Virus record (IMG/VR): IMGVR_UViG_3300008116_000198
Source: an uncultured virus (IMG/VR IMGVR_UViG_3300008116_000198)
Lineage: Duplodnaviria > Heunggongvirae > Uroviricota > Caudoviricetes
Strand: one strand, 5' to 3'
DNA length: 64,000 nucleotides
In this document: positions 18,464 to 29,711 of the stretch, piece by piece
How the letters are laid out: each line of letters begins with the position of its first letter
How positions within the stretch are numbered: the stretch's first letter is position 1
Made by a program: the position numbers and the translations under genes
The notes under the pieces: generated by a model
Seen by the model: only the letters and a program-made list of their open reading frames with translations
What the model was told of the DNA's origin: nothing
The model's database searches: none

Positions 18464-19789
18464 ATGCACTATTTCTTATATCCAACCAAAGACGCATACA
18501 TAAGCAACGACCCAGCATATATCACCAAGAATACTGGGCTGGATGAAATCTTGGAAGTTGAAAAGAGAATTTCATTCACAAGTTGTGCCAGTTTAGGTTC
18601 ATATATCATAGAAGTTGGATATACCAGTTCAAGTATTGAACTTTTAAGTGGATCAATGTCATCTTCATATGACTCTGGATCAACAGATCCAAGAGTAGTA
18701 TCAAGTTCATATGTGTACAAAAATTCTCCATCGGCTGGTGCAGTTTTGTCAAGAGCACTTCTTCATTTCGATCTATCAACCATTTCGGCATCACTGGCAT
18801 CAAGTGATGCAAATAAGCCAGTAAATCCAAGATTTTATCTTAATCTCAAGATTTGTGAAAGTACGGAAGTACCTACCAAGTATTCATTGGCGGCATATCC
18901 AATATCTCAATCATGGTTGATGGGAACTGGTTACAAGTATGATGGAACAACAGCACCAGACGGTGTAACATGGAAATTTTCAGATGGATATATTGAAAAG
19001 TGGGTAAGTGGATCTTTGATTGATTGTACAGGCGGCGGAAATTGGTGGATATCATCAAGTCTAGTCAGCGGTTCTGCGGTTGGAATTGTTGGTAGTGGAT
19101 CTGGCTATGTTCAACCATCATATGAAAATTGGTATTTTACATCAAGCACGGTTCCTACCACTGGATCATATGGATCGGGCCAAACCTTTGATTATGAAAG
19201 TGGAGATGTCAGAATGGATGTCTCCAATATGGTATATGCTTGGCTAAGTGGATCATTGGTTAATAACGGATTGATTCTTATGCATGGCGATGAATCAAGT
19301 TCTATTGACTATGGATCACTGAAATTCTTCAGTAAGGAAACCAATACTGTATATTCTCCATATTTGGATATGTGTTGGCATGATTCTGTATTCATTACGG
19401 GAAGTACGGACCCGATTCAGATCAGAGATTCTGTAGTGAATATGAAAAATATGGCATCTGAATATAAGTTTGGATCTATTGTACGAATGGATGTTACCGC
19501 AAGAAAGCGTTATCCAGTAAAAACATTCACCAACAAAGCATCGGATTATTTGTTCCCATATTACTTACCATCATCAAGCTATTATCAGATCAAGGACGCA
19601 GAAAGCGAAGAAACAATAATTCCATATGATGATTACACCAGACTAAGCTTTGACGGTAGTGGAAATTATTTTATGTTGGACACCAGCGGTCTTCCAATGG
19701 AAAGATATTTCAAAGTAGAAATTCGCACGGAACAAAGCGGTTCTGTTTTGACCTTTCCAGTTCCAACCGCATTCAAAGTTTCTAGATGA
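18464..19789 (+). CDS. virion structural protein (Ser/Gly-rich)
   Basis: Located in the baseplate block; KDAYI...NTGLDEILE and SRALLHFD pattern; many SGS/TGS motifs. Confidence 0.7.
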   Translation: MHYFLYPTKDAYISNDPAYITKNTGLDEILEVEKRISFTSCASLGSYIIEVGYTSSSIELLSGSMSSSYDSGSTDPRVVSSSYVYKNSPSAGAVLSRALLHFDLSTISASLASSDANKPVNPRFYLNLKICESTEVPTKYSLAAYPISQSWLMGTGYKYDGTTAPDGVTWKFSDGYIEKWVSGSLIDCTGGGNWWISSSLVSGSAVGIVGSGSGYVQPSYENWYFTSSTVPTTGSYGSGQTFDYESGDVRMDVSNMVYAWLSGSLVNNGLILMHGDESSSIDYGSLKFFSKETNTVYSPYLDMCWHDSVFITGSTDPIQIRDSVVNMKNMASEYKFGSIVRMDVTARKRYPVKTFTNKASDYLFPYYLPSSSYYQIKDAESEETIIPYDDYTRLSFDGSGNYFMLDTSGLPMERYFKVEIRTEQSGSVLTFPVPTAFKVSR

Positions 19790-20007
19790 ACGCCAATCCA
19801 TATCTATCAGGATATAATCAAGATGACATACAAAAGCTATATCAGAGTGGTTCAATCATTCCGAATATAGACGAGTATGGTAATTTGATCATTCAAAACG
19901 TAAAAGGCCAGCTTTATTCTTCTTCCATAACAATTCCTTTGGAAAACGTAGTATATAATCCAGTAAAAGTGGAAACAAAGTATACAGTAACATTCAGCGA
20001 ACTATGA
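19786..20007 (+). CDS. small hypothetical protein
   Basis: ATGA-coupled on both sides. Confidence 0.65.
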   Translation: MNANPYLSGYNQDDIQKLYQSGSIIPNIDEYGNLIIQNVKGQLYSSSITIPLENVVYNPVKVETKYTVTFSEL

Positions 20008-23000
20008 ACCTTGAAGACATGAAGTATATTTCGGCATCTTCCTCGTCACTCGGGGTTGGTTCCGACATGACTAAAGAAGATTTGATGTTTTTCACGGACG
20101 GACTAAAGTCTCAAAATTTTCCATTTGGCAAAACCGAGGATGACTTTATAAAGTTCAGCGTATATAACTTTGATAATACCTTGGTAACAGAGTCGATGAT
20201 ATATCCGAGCGGATCATATCGTAATTACACACAGTCATATTACGATCCTACAAACAGATATATTACATATTCGTATTCAAAATTTGATGGAACGGCTCCT
20301 ATATTAGTTGGTGAAACAAGCTCTTTGTTTATTGATGTTTCATCGGAAATGAGAAATCTCAATGTACCGGATGGAAATTATAGAATAACGGTAGAATTAA
20401 TGAGAAACATCGTTGGATCCAATTCTTCATCTGAAGATAAGTTGATGATATACCAGATATCAACCAACAGAGATGAAGTGGCATTGATTCCAAAAAATTT
20501 GGCAGGATCAACCGAAAAAATAAACACGCAAGTTGATGTGTTTGGAACAAACAAGGTTTTTGTAAGTGATATTGCAGATAGTATAATAGAATCAATAGCA
20601 TCTCCTGAGATTTATAATGTATACTACACTGCAAAGAATGAAAATCCTTCTGGTGCGGAGTTGTTGAAATTCTATTATGGATTTACCAACAGAGAAAACG
20701 AAACCAATAATGATATAGATGTAATTTCATTCGTCACCGATTTGTATTATGGTGTAAGGAAAGGTGGAACCAGAAACAATGGTCAAATTGCAGTAAATGA
20801 CATCTTGGGAATATATGATCAATTTAAGAATTGGTTGTATAGCAATTATGATTCAGGGTCAACTTTTAGGGATATTCAGGATTATTACTACAGCTTGTTC
20901 AGATTTGTGATTGATCAGGAGTTGAACAGAATCACAAACAAAAAGCCAGCGGAGTATGATCAAATAGTTGCATTCTTGCAAAAAATTTATTACGATCTTA
21001 CCTTTTATCCGCAATTCTATTTTCTTCAACTGAAATACAACATCGATTTGTCTGGGTATTTCAAGAATATTTTGAATCATTCGGGTGGATACGTTTCAAT
21101 TACAAATAAGAAATTGGTATTGTCCGAGGATCCTAGATACCAAAATAAGTTGGTCTTGAAACTTTCTGAGCCACTTCCACAGTCTGTTCAAAACGGAGAT
21201 GATGTTTGGATAACAAACAATTTTGGATTTTTACCAATTGTTCAAAATGTATATTACTTTACTTCAAATGTAATACAGACCATACCTTTGCGTGGTCCTA
21301 ATTTCTTGGTTAGAATTGAAAGTCAGGGAAATTCCACAGAAGCACTATCAATGGAGCAATTAATTGCTCAAACTGGAAGTGCATATAATGAAGTTCTTTC
21401 CAAGATTCTCACACCTTCTCAAACCGTAGTAGATAATACCAACTACAGAAGTTTTGAAAACTTCATAAACTTTTCTTCCGCTAAATTGAGAGTTGACGCA
21501 TTCACTGTAAAGAAAACAAAAATAGATGACTTGTATCAGACCATTGCAGAGTTGCAGCAGAAAATTGATGCCAATCCAAATGATCAGTTCTATATCAAGG
21601 AAAAAACAGACGCCAATACTGAAATAGATAATTTGGAAAATTCAATGGATGGTTATGAAAAATTCCTATACAACAATCCTTCTTGGTATACTGATCATAA
21701 CGCATCATCCTCATTATTTGACAGAGATAATGGTAACTCGCTGATCAACAATCTTCCACAGTTCATATTGGAGGATATGGAACAAAATCAGGACTATATC
21801 CTATTCGTTGGAATGATAGGACACTTCTTCGATAACATATCGTTGTTGATCAGGCAGATCACAGAAAAGAACAATTATTCAAGTAGTCCAAACTATGGAA
21901 TATCTGTTGATATCGTGGAAGATATGTTGGCTTCACTTGGTTGGGATGCGGAAATATCAAAGGAAAATCTTCCATTGCTTCTTTCCAATTTTTCTCAAAA
22001 TGATTTCGACACAAACAGCAACCTTTATGATCTTTCCAGAACAATTTCTGAAAAGCAAAGAAATCAGATAATATGGAAGAGAATACTAAACACTCTTCCT
22101 TACATATACAAGACCAAGGGTACAGAAGCATCACTGTCTTCACTATTAAGTTGTTTTGGCGTTCCAAAGAATATTATCAAGCTCAAGGAATATGGTGGAA
22201 TACAAGACGTTCATAATCTTCAGGACACAACATTGTATGTTTTGGATGAAGTAAAATACGAACCATATTTCAGTGGAAGCGGAGAATATTTCAAGTTCAA
22301 TTGGACAGGAAGCGCACAAACATTGGAACTCAATTTCTCATTCGATCCAAACAAGACAAGCACAGTTGGAAATGTGTTCAGACTTGTAAACTGCCCAAAT
22401 AGTTGGGTGGTTGGAGTGTACAGAGACAAAGGCAAGGATTGGGGAAGATTATTCTTTAGCATTGATAACGGAAGTGGTAGTGTAAAAACGATAATGACGG
22501 ACAAAGCTCCGTTCTTTGATGGTAATTCATACCACGCAATGCTTCGTAGAAATGATGCCACGGTAAATTATTCAATGTATGGATTCACCGAAAGTCAAAT
22601 TGACGAGTATCCTATAAAGTATGATATAATTGCACAACGTGCAGAGGATGCTAGAATCACATTTGAAGCAACCTCCAGCCAGTATTTAAGTGGAAGCTAC
22701 AATACTCAATTCAGATCTGGTTCGTATGTTTATGTAGGAAATTACAATCAAAATACCGCATCATTGAATATTGACCCAGAGGCATTTTTTGGAAACATTG
22801 ACGAAATAAAGTTGTGGGAACTTCCGTTGGACGATGGTAGATTTGAAAGTCATACATTATATCAAAATGCATATGACGGAAATTCGCCAGAAAAAATGAT
22901 AGCGGAAAATCTGGTTAGAATTTCATTTGAAAGACCAACCGATTTGCATGATTCAAGTACAAGTGCATCATTGAATAATCTTGCATTTAGAAAAGACTTC

Positions 23001-24641
23001 CCAACATTCACAGCAGTTAATTTCCCAGAGAGTCTTGTAGCTACAGTACAAAATTCAGAATGCGACCCTTCAATGGTGGCCGGATTCCCATATCAGTTTA
23101 GTAGAAAAGACACTCGGCAAACTGTAAAACTTCCTGATTATGGATCCAGCAAGTTCAGAAGCAACAAAATCAATTATGTTGATCAGGAACTTGCCGCGCC
23201 ATTATCTTCAACTGAAAGATCTTCGCTTCAATCGAGTGAACTTGTTTCCGTCGATTCAAATAGATTGGGTTTATTCTTCTCGCCGTCCGATATTCAAAAC
23301 ACAGAAATCATAAAGTTCTTTGGAGAATATCCACTAAGTGAACTGATTGGGGATCCTTCAACAGTGTATGAATCATCATATGCAAGATTTGAAAAGTTCA
23401 GACAGATATTCTACGATCAAGGTTTTGGAAACATAGATTATCAGTTCTTCATGAACGTTGTTCGATTCTATTTTGACAAGGCGATGTTCAAATATATTCG
23501 TTCAATTGTACCAGCAAGAGCAACACTTGTTGATGGTATACTTGTTGAGCCTTCCATACTCGAACGTCCGAAGATTGCACTTAAACCATTGGTAAGAGAA
23601 AATATTCCACAGAAGGAAGCACCAATCGATGCCAACAGAAATATTGTGGCAACCCAATCTCCAAAATTGGAAGATTCATTGGATGTAAGAACATCGGGTA
23701 GATCAATATTGAACGATGTTAATCAAGTATTCTTCCCAACCGATGAAGACCAATATGGATTCGCCGTGTATTCAGATAATGGAATAACATACTACAACGG
23801 AGATTATTATCGCGCCGATGTATTGACCATCAAGAAGCAATATCAAATACACAACAAATATAATCTTCCCACAAATGCCCTGAACGATTATGAAAAAAAT
23901 GTAAACTTGAATGGAACCGTGCAAACGGTAACAAGTTCATACCAAAAGATAAATTTGGCAAAGCTACCTGTGCTAACAGAGTATACAGCAGATTGCTCAT
24001 TGATTCAACCTCCCACTTTCAGCGGAAGTTTCAGTGGAAGTATAAGTTTTGATCCGGGTGGAGGAAATGGATTTTATTTCACAAATATATCATCAAGTCA
24101 CACCATAGATGGAGTGTACATCGGAAAAATAATTGGAGATGCCGGTGAGGGTATAATACAAAATCCCGGAATAAAGATCAGAGCCACATATATTGCGGCA
24201 TATCCACTTCAATACGGCGGACAATTTAGTTATCAATCTGGCACATGGTATTTCAACGGATACATTTACGGCGGTATTCCAGCCACAATCAATCTGACCA
24301 AATTCTCAACAACATTTTACACAACAGACGGCAGTTCTGTGTTTGATTCATTCAGATACTTGACGCAAGGACCATTCTTTGGTCCATTATCATCGGCATT
24401 TAGCTACAGAAAAGCATACAGCATGCAAAATTATCCGTATAATGCAACACTGCTGAACGGATACTTCTCCAACCACTACAAATACAGCAATCAACAGTTT
24501 TCAGTAAAGGAGATAAATTCATACGATAACACCGATAGGCCGTTCAAATGGAAAAAAGGTAGCCAAAATAAAAAAACTACCGTAGATCCTCTTACTGGCC
24601 TATTGGATAACACTGAAGCGATTGAAACAAAAACGGTCTAA
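20004..24641 (+). CDS. large baseplate/tail structural protein with a LamG-like segment
   Basis: 1545 aa; IWKRILNTLPYIYKTKGT (wedge/tail P2-I-like) and FFGNIDEIKLW (LamG-like). Confidence 0.7.
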   Translation: MNLEDMKYISASSSSLGVGSDMTKEDLMFFTDGLKSQNFPFGKTEDDFIKFSVYNFDNTLVTESMIYPSGSYRNYTQSYYDPTNRYITYSYSKFDGTAPILVGETSSLFIDVSSEMRNLNVPDGNYRITVELMRNIVGSNSSSEDKLMIYQISTNRDEVALIPKNLAGSTEKINTQVDVFGTNKVFVSDIADSIIESIASPEIYNVYYTAKNENPSGAELLKFYYGFTNRENETNNDIDVISFVTDLYYGVRKGGTRNNGQIAVNDILGIYDQFKNWLYSNYDSGSTFRDIQDYYYSLFRFVIDQELNRITNKKPAEYDQIVAFLQKIYYDLTFYPQFYFLQLKYNIDLSGYFKNILNHSGGYVSITNKKLVLSEDPRYQNKLVLKLSEPLPQSVQNGDDVWITNNFGFLPIVQNVYYFTSNVIQTIPLRGPNFLVRIESQGNSTEALSMEQLIAQTGSAYNEVLSKILTPSQTVVDNTNYRSFENFINFSSAKLRVDAFTVKKTKIDDLYQTIAELQQKIDANPNDQFYIKEKTDANTEIDNLENSMDGYEKFLYNNPSWYTDHNASSSLFDRDNGNSLINNLPQFILEDMEQNQDYILFVGMIGHFFDNISLLIRQITEKNNYSSSPNYGISVDIVEDMLASLGWDAEISKENLPLLLSNFSQNDFDTNSNLYDLSRTISEKQRNQIIWKRILNTLPYIYKTKGTEASLSSLLSCFGVPKNIIKLKEYGGIQDVHNLQDTTLYVLDEVKYEPYFSGSGEYFKFNWTGSAQTLELNFSFDPNKTSTVGNVFRLVNCPNSWVVGVYRDKGKDWGRLFFSIDNGSGSVKTIMTDKAPFFDGNSYHAMLRRNDATVNYSMYGFTESQIDEYPIKYDIIAQRAEDARITFEATSSQYLSGSYNTQFRSGSYVYVGNYNQNTASLNIDPEAFFGNIDEIKLWELPLDDGRFESHTLYQNAYDGNSPEKMIAENLVRISFERPTDLHDSSTSASLNNLAFRKDFPTFTAVNFPESLVATVQNSECDPSMVAGFPYQFSRKDTRQTVKLPDYGSSKFRSNKINYVDQELAAPLSSTERSSLQSSELVSVDSNRLGLFFSPSDIQNTEIIKFFGEYPLSELIGDPSTVYESSYARFEKFRQIFYDQGFGNIDYQFFMNVVRFYFDKAMFKYIRSIVPARATLVDGILVEPSILERPKIALKPLVRENIPQKEAPIDANRNIVATQSPKLEDSLDVRTSGRSILNDVNQVFFPTDEDQYGFAVYSDNGITYYNGDYYRADVLTIKKQYQIHNKYNLPTNALNDYEKNVNLNGTVQTVTSSYQKINLAKLPVLTEYTADCSLIQPPTFSGSFSGSISFDPGGGNGFYFTNISSSHTIDGVYIGKIIGDAGEGIIQNPGIKIRATYIAAYPLQYGGQFSYQSGTWYFNGYIYGGIPATINLTKFSTTFYTTDGSSVFDSFRYLTQGPFFGPLSSAFSYRKAYSMQNYPYNATLLNGYFSNHYKYSNQQFSVKEINSYDNTDRPFKWKKGSQNKKTTVDPLTGLLDNTEAIETKTV

Positions 24642-24692
24642 AAATAGTAAAAAAAGTATTTAGATATATATTTATTGAGAAAGTAACACTAT

Positions 24693-25334
24693 ATGGCGTA
24701 TATCAACAATGAGATTATTACCGTGGATGCGGTGCTGACAAAAAAGGGTAGAGAACTACTCGCGGCAAATGGCGGTTTGAACATTACGTCATATGCTTTG
24801 GCTGATGACGAAATTGATTATCGCTTATATCAACCAAACCACCCACAGGGTTCTGCATATTACGACTTGGCAATTCGAAACACTCCTGTATTTGAAGCAT
24901 TTACCGATGAAACTCAATTGCTGAAATACAAACTTGTTACATTACCTTCTGGTCAAACTTCTATTCCTATTATCTCTCTTGGTCAAAGTGCCATTTATGT
25001 GGACAAGGATTATAAGGGCGAAGTTGTTATTGTTCCATCAACAAATCCAGTATATAACACAACTCTTGGATATACAGCAATATTAGCAAACAAGTCAGCT
25101 GGAACAATAATTGGCGAACAGCTACAAAACGTAAGCACTGCAACTATTCCAACATTTATTGGAGACGTATCTTCAACAACTGCACAAGTAAGCTTGGGTC
25201 TTCGTTTCCGCTTTGTTCCAAATTCATCACTAACACAAACATTGTCAACAAATCTAACAGTGGTTGGAAATGAAAGCGGTGGATCTGTCACAATTCCTGT
25301 TACTGTCACCGTAAAGGGATCAACAACGACTTAA
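24693..25334 (+). CDS. virion structural protein
   Basis: VDAVLTKKGRELLA and ALADDEIDY; preceded by TATTTATT at 24669. Confidence 0.7.
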   Translation: MAYINNEIITVDAVLTKKGRELLAANGGLNITSYALADDEIDYRLYQPNHPQGSAYYDLAIRNTPVFEAFTDETQLLKYKLVTLPSGQTSIPIISLGQSAIYVDKDYKGEVVIVPSTNPVYNTTLGYTAILANKSAGTIIGEQLQNVSTATIPTFIGDVSSTTAQVSLGLRFRFVPNSSLTQTLSTNLTVVGNESGGSVTIPVTVTVKGSTTT

Positions 25335-25346
25335 TAATTTAAAGCC

Positions 25347-26468
25347 ATGATTTTCAAGCAATTTGATACAACCGACATAGTGGCAGGAAGAACACAGCCA
25401 GTATCAACTGGGTTGTGGAGCGACGGTACCGCAAGCTGGGATTCCTTTTATACCAGCAGTCGTCAAGGTCAGCAGTCCTCCTCTTTATACGAGCCACTAA
25501 ACGGTTTGTATTATACCAATGTATACGACGAGCCAACAGGTTCTGCAAATTCAGATATCTATTTTTCAATATCGTATGGACATTATGCAGGATCTGGCTC
25601 TTCGGCGTTTGACACAGGCTCGTCACAAGGAAGTTTGTTGTTCCCAACTAAGGCAATTTACAATCAATACAGAAACTTGTTGCTTGCTCCGGGTGATTCT
25701 AAATTCACCTTCGTAACATCTTCAGTATCTGGATCTGGTGTTGAGTCCGATGATATTTATGCAATTTCATTCAGAAACGCAAAATACAAGGATCGTTTAG
25801 ATCCGGGACAATTTGAAATGACCCTAAGTGGATCTGGTGTTGGAGGTGTTGCAACAAGAATTACGGTAATCGACGATTCTCGTGACAATCCAGACACCGG
25901 AGTACAAAGCGGTGGTAAGAGATATAATCTTATCGTTGGAACATTGAGCACAGGTGCGGCACAGACAAGAAATTATCAAGGAATCGGTCTAATGTACCCA
26001 GACCTTGGTATTATTATCTTGAATCCAAAGAAAGTGCACGAACTAATTGGAAAAGTTGATGGATATTCATTATATTGGAATACATCAACAAATGAATGGG
26101 GTGCACAATTTGCTAGAATGAATTCATTATTGTTTAAAGCAATAGAATCTGGTGCAGATTTTGCAGGAATGAAAGCCAGAGTTACAGAGTATGTGCCCGC
26201 TCGACATTTCTTTGTAAGGGTTAAGAATCAAGAGTACAATTATAGTAATAATCCTACATTTGTAATCTCTGAGAATGATAATCCATCAAATTCTCAAGAT
26301 ATTGGAAAATTGAGATTCACAGACTTTTACACCAATCCAAAGGTGTATATCACGACCGTTGGGCTATATAACGAAAGCAACGACCTTGTTGCTGTTGCGA
26401 AGTTAAGTCAGCCATTGCTGAAAGACTTCACCAACGAGTGCTTAATAAAGATAAAAATTGATGTTTGA
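25347..26468 (+). CDS. tail/baseplate structural protein
   Basis: C-terminal YITTVGLY...LVAVAKLSQP, shared with 26511..29678. Confidence 0.7.
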   Translation: MIFKQFDTTDIVAGRTQPVSTGLWSDGTASWDSFYTSSRQGQQSSSLYEPLNGLYYTNVYDEPTGSANSDIYFSISYGHYAGSGSSAFDTGSSQGSLLFPTKAIYNQYRNLLLAPGDSKFTFVTSSVSGSGVESDDIYAISFRNAKYKDRLDPGQFEMTLSGSGVGGVATRITVIDDSRDNPDTGVQSGGKRYNLIVGTLSTGAAQTRNYQGIGLMYPDLGIIILNPKKVHELIGKVDGYSLYWNTSTNEWGAQFARMNSLLFKAIESGADFAGMKARVTEYVPARHFFVRVKNQEYNYSNNPTFVISENDNPSNSQDIGKLRFTDFYTNPKVYITTVGLYNESNDLVAVAKLSQPLLKDFTNECLIKIKIDV

Positions 26469-26497
26469 GTTAGCGGGTAAATCCCGCCTCAATCAAA

Positions 26498-26505
26498 TAT
26501 TTATA
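26498..26505 (+). promoter_or_regulatory. TATTTATA putative late promoter
   Basis: Ends 5 nt before ATG 26511. Confidence 0.6.
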
Positions 26506-26510
26506 TCCAT

Positions 26511-29500
26511 ATGATTAAGCAGTTCTCTGCGGGAGATATCACAGTCAGACCTTTTAGCACGTTCAAGAATTGGACTGTGCAGAGCATTGACTCATCTTCT
26601 GTAGATAAATATGGTTTCCCCACTTATTATAATAACCGTTGTGAGGTTAACTATGGTATTAGAACAAGTGCCTCATTCTTTCCATCCGAAAGTGTATATT
26701 GGCAAGCTAGTATAGATCCAATAAACACATCTGGAAAATATGCCAGAAATATATGGAATTTGACAGATGCAATGTTCTACAAGAACTCAAGTGAGCCAAC
26801 TAAGTTGTTTGGTGTTGAATATTACACACAAGATCCAGAAACAGGAAAAAAGGAAATAAGAAAGATTGGAGATAGAATCGTCACATTAAATTTGAAGCAC
26901 AATGTTTGGGGAGAAAAGATTGTTCCAAACACAGTAAGAATTGTTGATGACTCAAATCCAAATAACACGCTATATGTGTTTGATGATGGATATACAAACC
27001 TTTATGCAACAGGTGGGCATTTTCCATCGGCTGAAGAAATTGGGGCAGTAAGAGAATATTTGGCTACGCCATATTGGGTGACATCAAGTGGAGAATTTTA
27101 TGTTGTGTTTAACAATGGAACAACACAATCTGTTGATTTGACAAACGCCAAACAATATATGGCAATGGGACAACAAGTTATTTATGTTGAACCATCGAGT
27201 GGATCTTGGGCATGGGACACTTCCACTCATCAAGATATTTTCCAAGTAAGTAATGAACATTTTGGTGAAGCGGTAAGCACGTGGAGAAATTATGTGGCGG
27301 TTGGTTCAAGCATGGATGATTACAGCATGTCCGAAAAAAGAATAGGATATGCGTCCATATTCAAATATGATGAGAATACAGACTCACACAGATTGATTAA
27401 AAAGATAAACTTCCCATTTACACAAAGCGGCGCAACACTTTTCAAAGATAGCTTTGGATCATCTGTTGCAATAAGAGATAATTTCTTGGCGGTTGGTTCG
27501 CCAACTGGCTCTGGATGCAGTGTTGATAAATATCCGGGATATGTTTGTGTATATGACAAGAATAAGGGAGGTCCGGATCATTGGGGCATCGTAAATCTAA
27601 TACGCGGACACAGTGACGGTGACAAGTTTGGAACTTCTGTTGCAGTTGATAATGATATTTTGGCGGTTGGTGCGCCGGGATACAGTGGAAGCATTGGCGC
27701 GGTGTATGTATTTAGAAAGAAAAGATACATGGATGCAGAATATCCATGTCAGAACATAAACACAGGCTCATATTGGAAACAGGTGACAAGTGTGGAAGAA
27801 TTCTGCAAGGAAATGGCCACGAGTTCATACTATGCGACACAAAGTTATGTGCCAACATTTGTTTCTGGAAATTATACTTGGGAACATGAAACCACTTTAA
27901 CTTCAAGTGTTGGTGCAGTGGGTGATAATTTTGGATACTGTGTGTCCGTTGACATGAACCAATTAATTGCCGGTACAAACAAGACTGGGGCTGGATATGC
28001 CACATTGTTTACATGCTCTTATTCATCTGCTTCCGTTGACGCTTGTCCAACGGCATCTTGGTACCAAATTCAAAGATTTTATGGAGATTCAACCACTGGA
28101 GATTTGGACATAACAAAACCAGAATATTCAGTTGATGTAACTTCCACCATATCATCAAACAGATTTGGAAAGAGTGTATCAATCAGCAACAAAAACTTGG
28201 TGATAGGTTGTCAATATGACAAAGCATATATTCCATATTATGGATACACAGGCAGTGCGGCTATTCTTGGTGCTGCTTATTTCTATCATTATGGATATGT
28301 GGCAGAATGCTTATCAAACCAATTCCATTTGGTCACAAAGACATTTGGAAACAGAGATTATTTGACAGATAATAATTTTGCCAAAGCCGTTTCTGTGGAT
28401 GGTACAACCGCCGCCGTTTCATCTCTTCCAGATACACTCGCCAGAACAGTTGAATTCAGTGGATCATATATTTTGGAAAATTATTCATATGCGTCCACTG
28501 GATCAAATGATGAAGTTCTTGGCAGAGTATTGATATACAATTACGATTATACTGGAAACAAATGGAATAAAACTGGTGAACTTCGCCGCAACAAGGAAAA
28601 GAATCATCCATACAACATTTATGGGTATTCTGTTTCGGTGTCATCTGATTTCTTGGCGGTTGGTGGACCGTTGGTAAACATCATAACGGGTTCATCATAT
28701 TCCAGCAGCATAAATGAATCATCACAGTCCTTGTATATGCCATCAACATATTCTGGTTCGGCGTATTTGTATGATCTTCGCAAGTATGAACAAAATCCTC
28801 ATATCGGAAATGTGTTCTATAAGAATGGATATTTTGTGATCACAAACACAGGATCAAACTACACAAATATGCTCATGGGAACTGGTTCACGTGGGTTTGA
28901 ACTTGATTATCGCGGCACGCATACAATATTTGAACATGAATATCTTGTGTCCGTTAGACCGGGAGAATTCAACTATAGTACCAATCCATCGGCGTTGGCA
29001 CAATATCCAATGGTATTTGATGTGAATGGAGATGGTGTTGTTGATACCAAGGATGTTGATCTTGTAATGCGCTATCTTCGCATGAAGAAATTCTACGCGG
29101 AATTTGTGTATGATGTTGATGGATTGATATTGGAACAAGACACATTAACCGACTATAGTTGGTGGGCAAATGACTTATTGCAAACAGAAGCAGAGGATGT
29201 TCTTCAACAAGAAAGCAGTTATGCCGCTTCAATGACAACATCATCATTTGATGCATTTACTAAAACTGCATATGATTATATTGAAAAGAATTTGGACAAG
29301 ACTGGAATATTGGATATTGATGGTAACGGAGAAATCAATCTGAATGACGGATACTTGTTCGCGCTATATGTATTGCAACAATTGAATCCAACCAGCATAG
29401 CACCATATCTTGATGCTAATTCAACACGCCAGTATGTAGTGGATATTCAAAAATATTTGGACAAATATTGCGGCGTTGACACAAAGAGCACAAATCCAGA

Positions 29501-29678
29501 ATTTCTAAACTATCAATATAGCTCATCATATGATGCTACAGGATCTTTCCTTGCGCCTTATATAACCACAGTGGGATTGTATCAAGACAATCAGCTTGTT
29601 GCAGTGGGCAAACTTGGTCGTCCAATCAAGAATTTAATTGATTGGCCAGTAAATATTGTCGTCCGTTTTGATACATAA
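26511..29678 (+). CDS. tail-associated protein with an FG-GAP beta-propeller and dockerin-like Ca-binding motifs
   Basis: Seven FGxSV-type repeats (one with VGAPG); DVNGDGVVDTKD and DIDGNGEINLND loops; C-terminal YITTVGLY domain. Confidence 0.8.
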   Translation: MIKQFSAGDITVRPFSTFKNWTVQSIDSSSVDKYGFPTYYNNRCEVNYGIRTSASFFPSESVYWQASIDPINTSGKYARNIWNLTDAMFYKNSSEPTKLFGVEYYTQDPETGKKEIRKIGDRIVTLNLKHNVWGEKIVPNTVRIVDDSNPNNTLYVFDDGYTNLYATGGHFPSAEEIGAVREYLATPYWVTSSGEFYVVFNNGTTQSVDLTNAKQYMAMGQQVIYVEPSSGSWAWDTSTHQDIFQVSNEHFGEAVSTWRNYVAVGSSMDDYSMSEKRIGYASIFKYDENTDSHRLIKKINFPFTQSGATLFKDSFGSSVAIRDNFLAVGSPTGSGCSVDKYPGYVCVYDKNKGGPDHWGIVNLIRGHSDGDKFGTSVAVDNDILAVGAPGYSGSIGAVYVFRKKRYMDAEYPCQNINTGSYWKQVTSVEEFCKEMATSSYYATQSYVPTFVSGNYTWEHETTLTSSVGAVGDNFGYCVSVDMNQLIAGTNKTGAGYATLFTCSYSSASVDACPTASWYQIQRFYGDSTTGDLDITKPEYSVDVTSTISSNRFGKSVSISNKNLVIGCQYDKAYIPYYGYTGSAAILGAAYFYHYGYVAECLSNQFHLVTKTFGNRDYLTDNNFAKAVSVDGTTAAVSSLPDTLARTVEFSGSYILENYSYASTGSNDEVLGRVLIYNYDYTGNKWNKTGELRRNKEKNHPYNIYGYSVSVSSDFLAVGGPLVNIITGSSYSSSINESSQSLYMPSTYSGSAYLYDLRKYEQNPHIGNVFYKNGYFVITNTGSNYTNMLMGTGSRGFELDYRGTHTIFEHEYLVSVRPGEFNYSTNPSALAQYPMVFDVNGDGVVDTKDVDLVMRYLRMKKFYAEFVYDVDGLILEQDTLTDYSWWANDLLQTEAEDVLQQESSYAASMTTSSFDAFTKTAYDYIEKNLDKTGILDIDGNGEINLNDGYLFALYVLQQLNPTSIAPYLDANSTRQYVVDIQKYLDKYCGVDTKSTNPEFLNYQYSSSYDATGSFLAPYITTVGLYQDNQLVAVGKLGRPIKNLIDWPVNIVVRFDT

Positions 29679-29683
29679 CAGTA

Positions 29684-29691
29684 TATTTATA
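29684..29691 (+). promoter_or_regulatory. TATTTATA putative late promoter
   Basis: Followed by an AGGAG SD and ATG 29712. Confidence 0.6.
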
Positions 29692-29711
29692 ATAAACAAT
29701 AGGAGATATAT

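Noticed and set aside
26466..26491. Terminator at GCGGG-TAAAT-CCCGC
   Set aside because: Short stem without a following T-tract; not enough support
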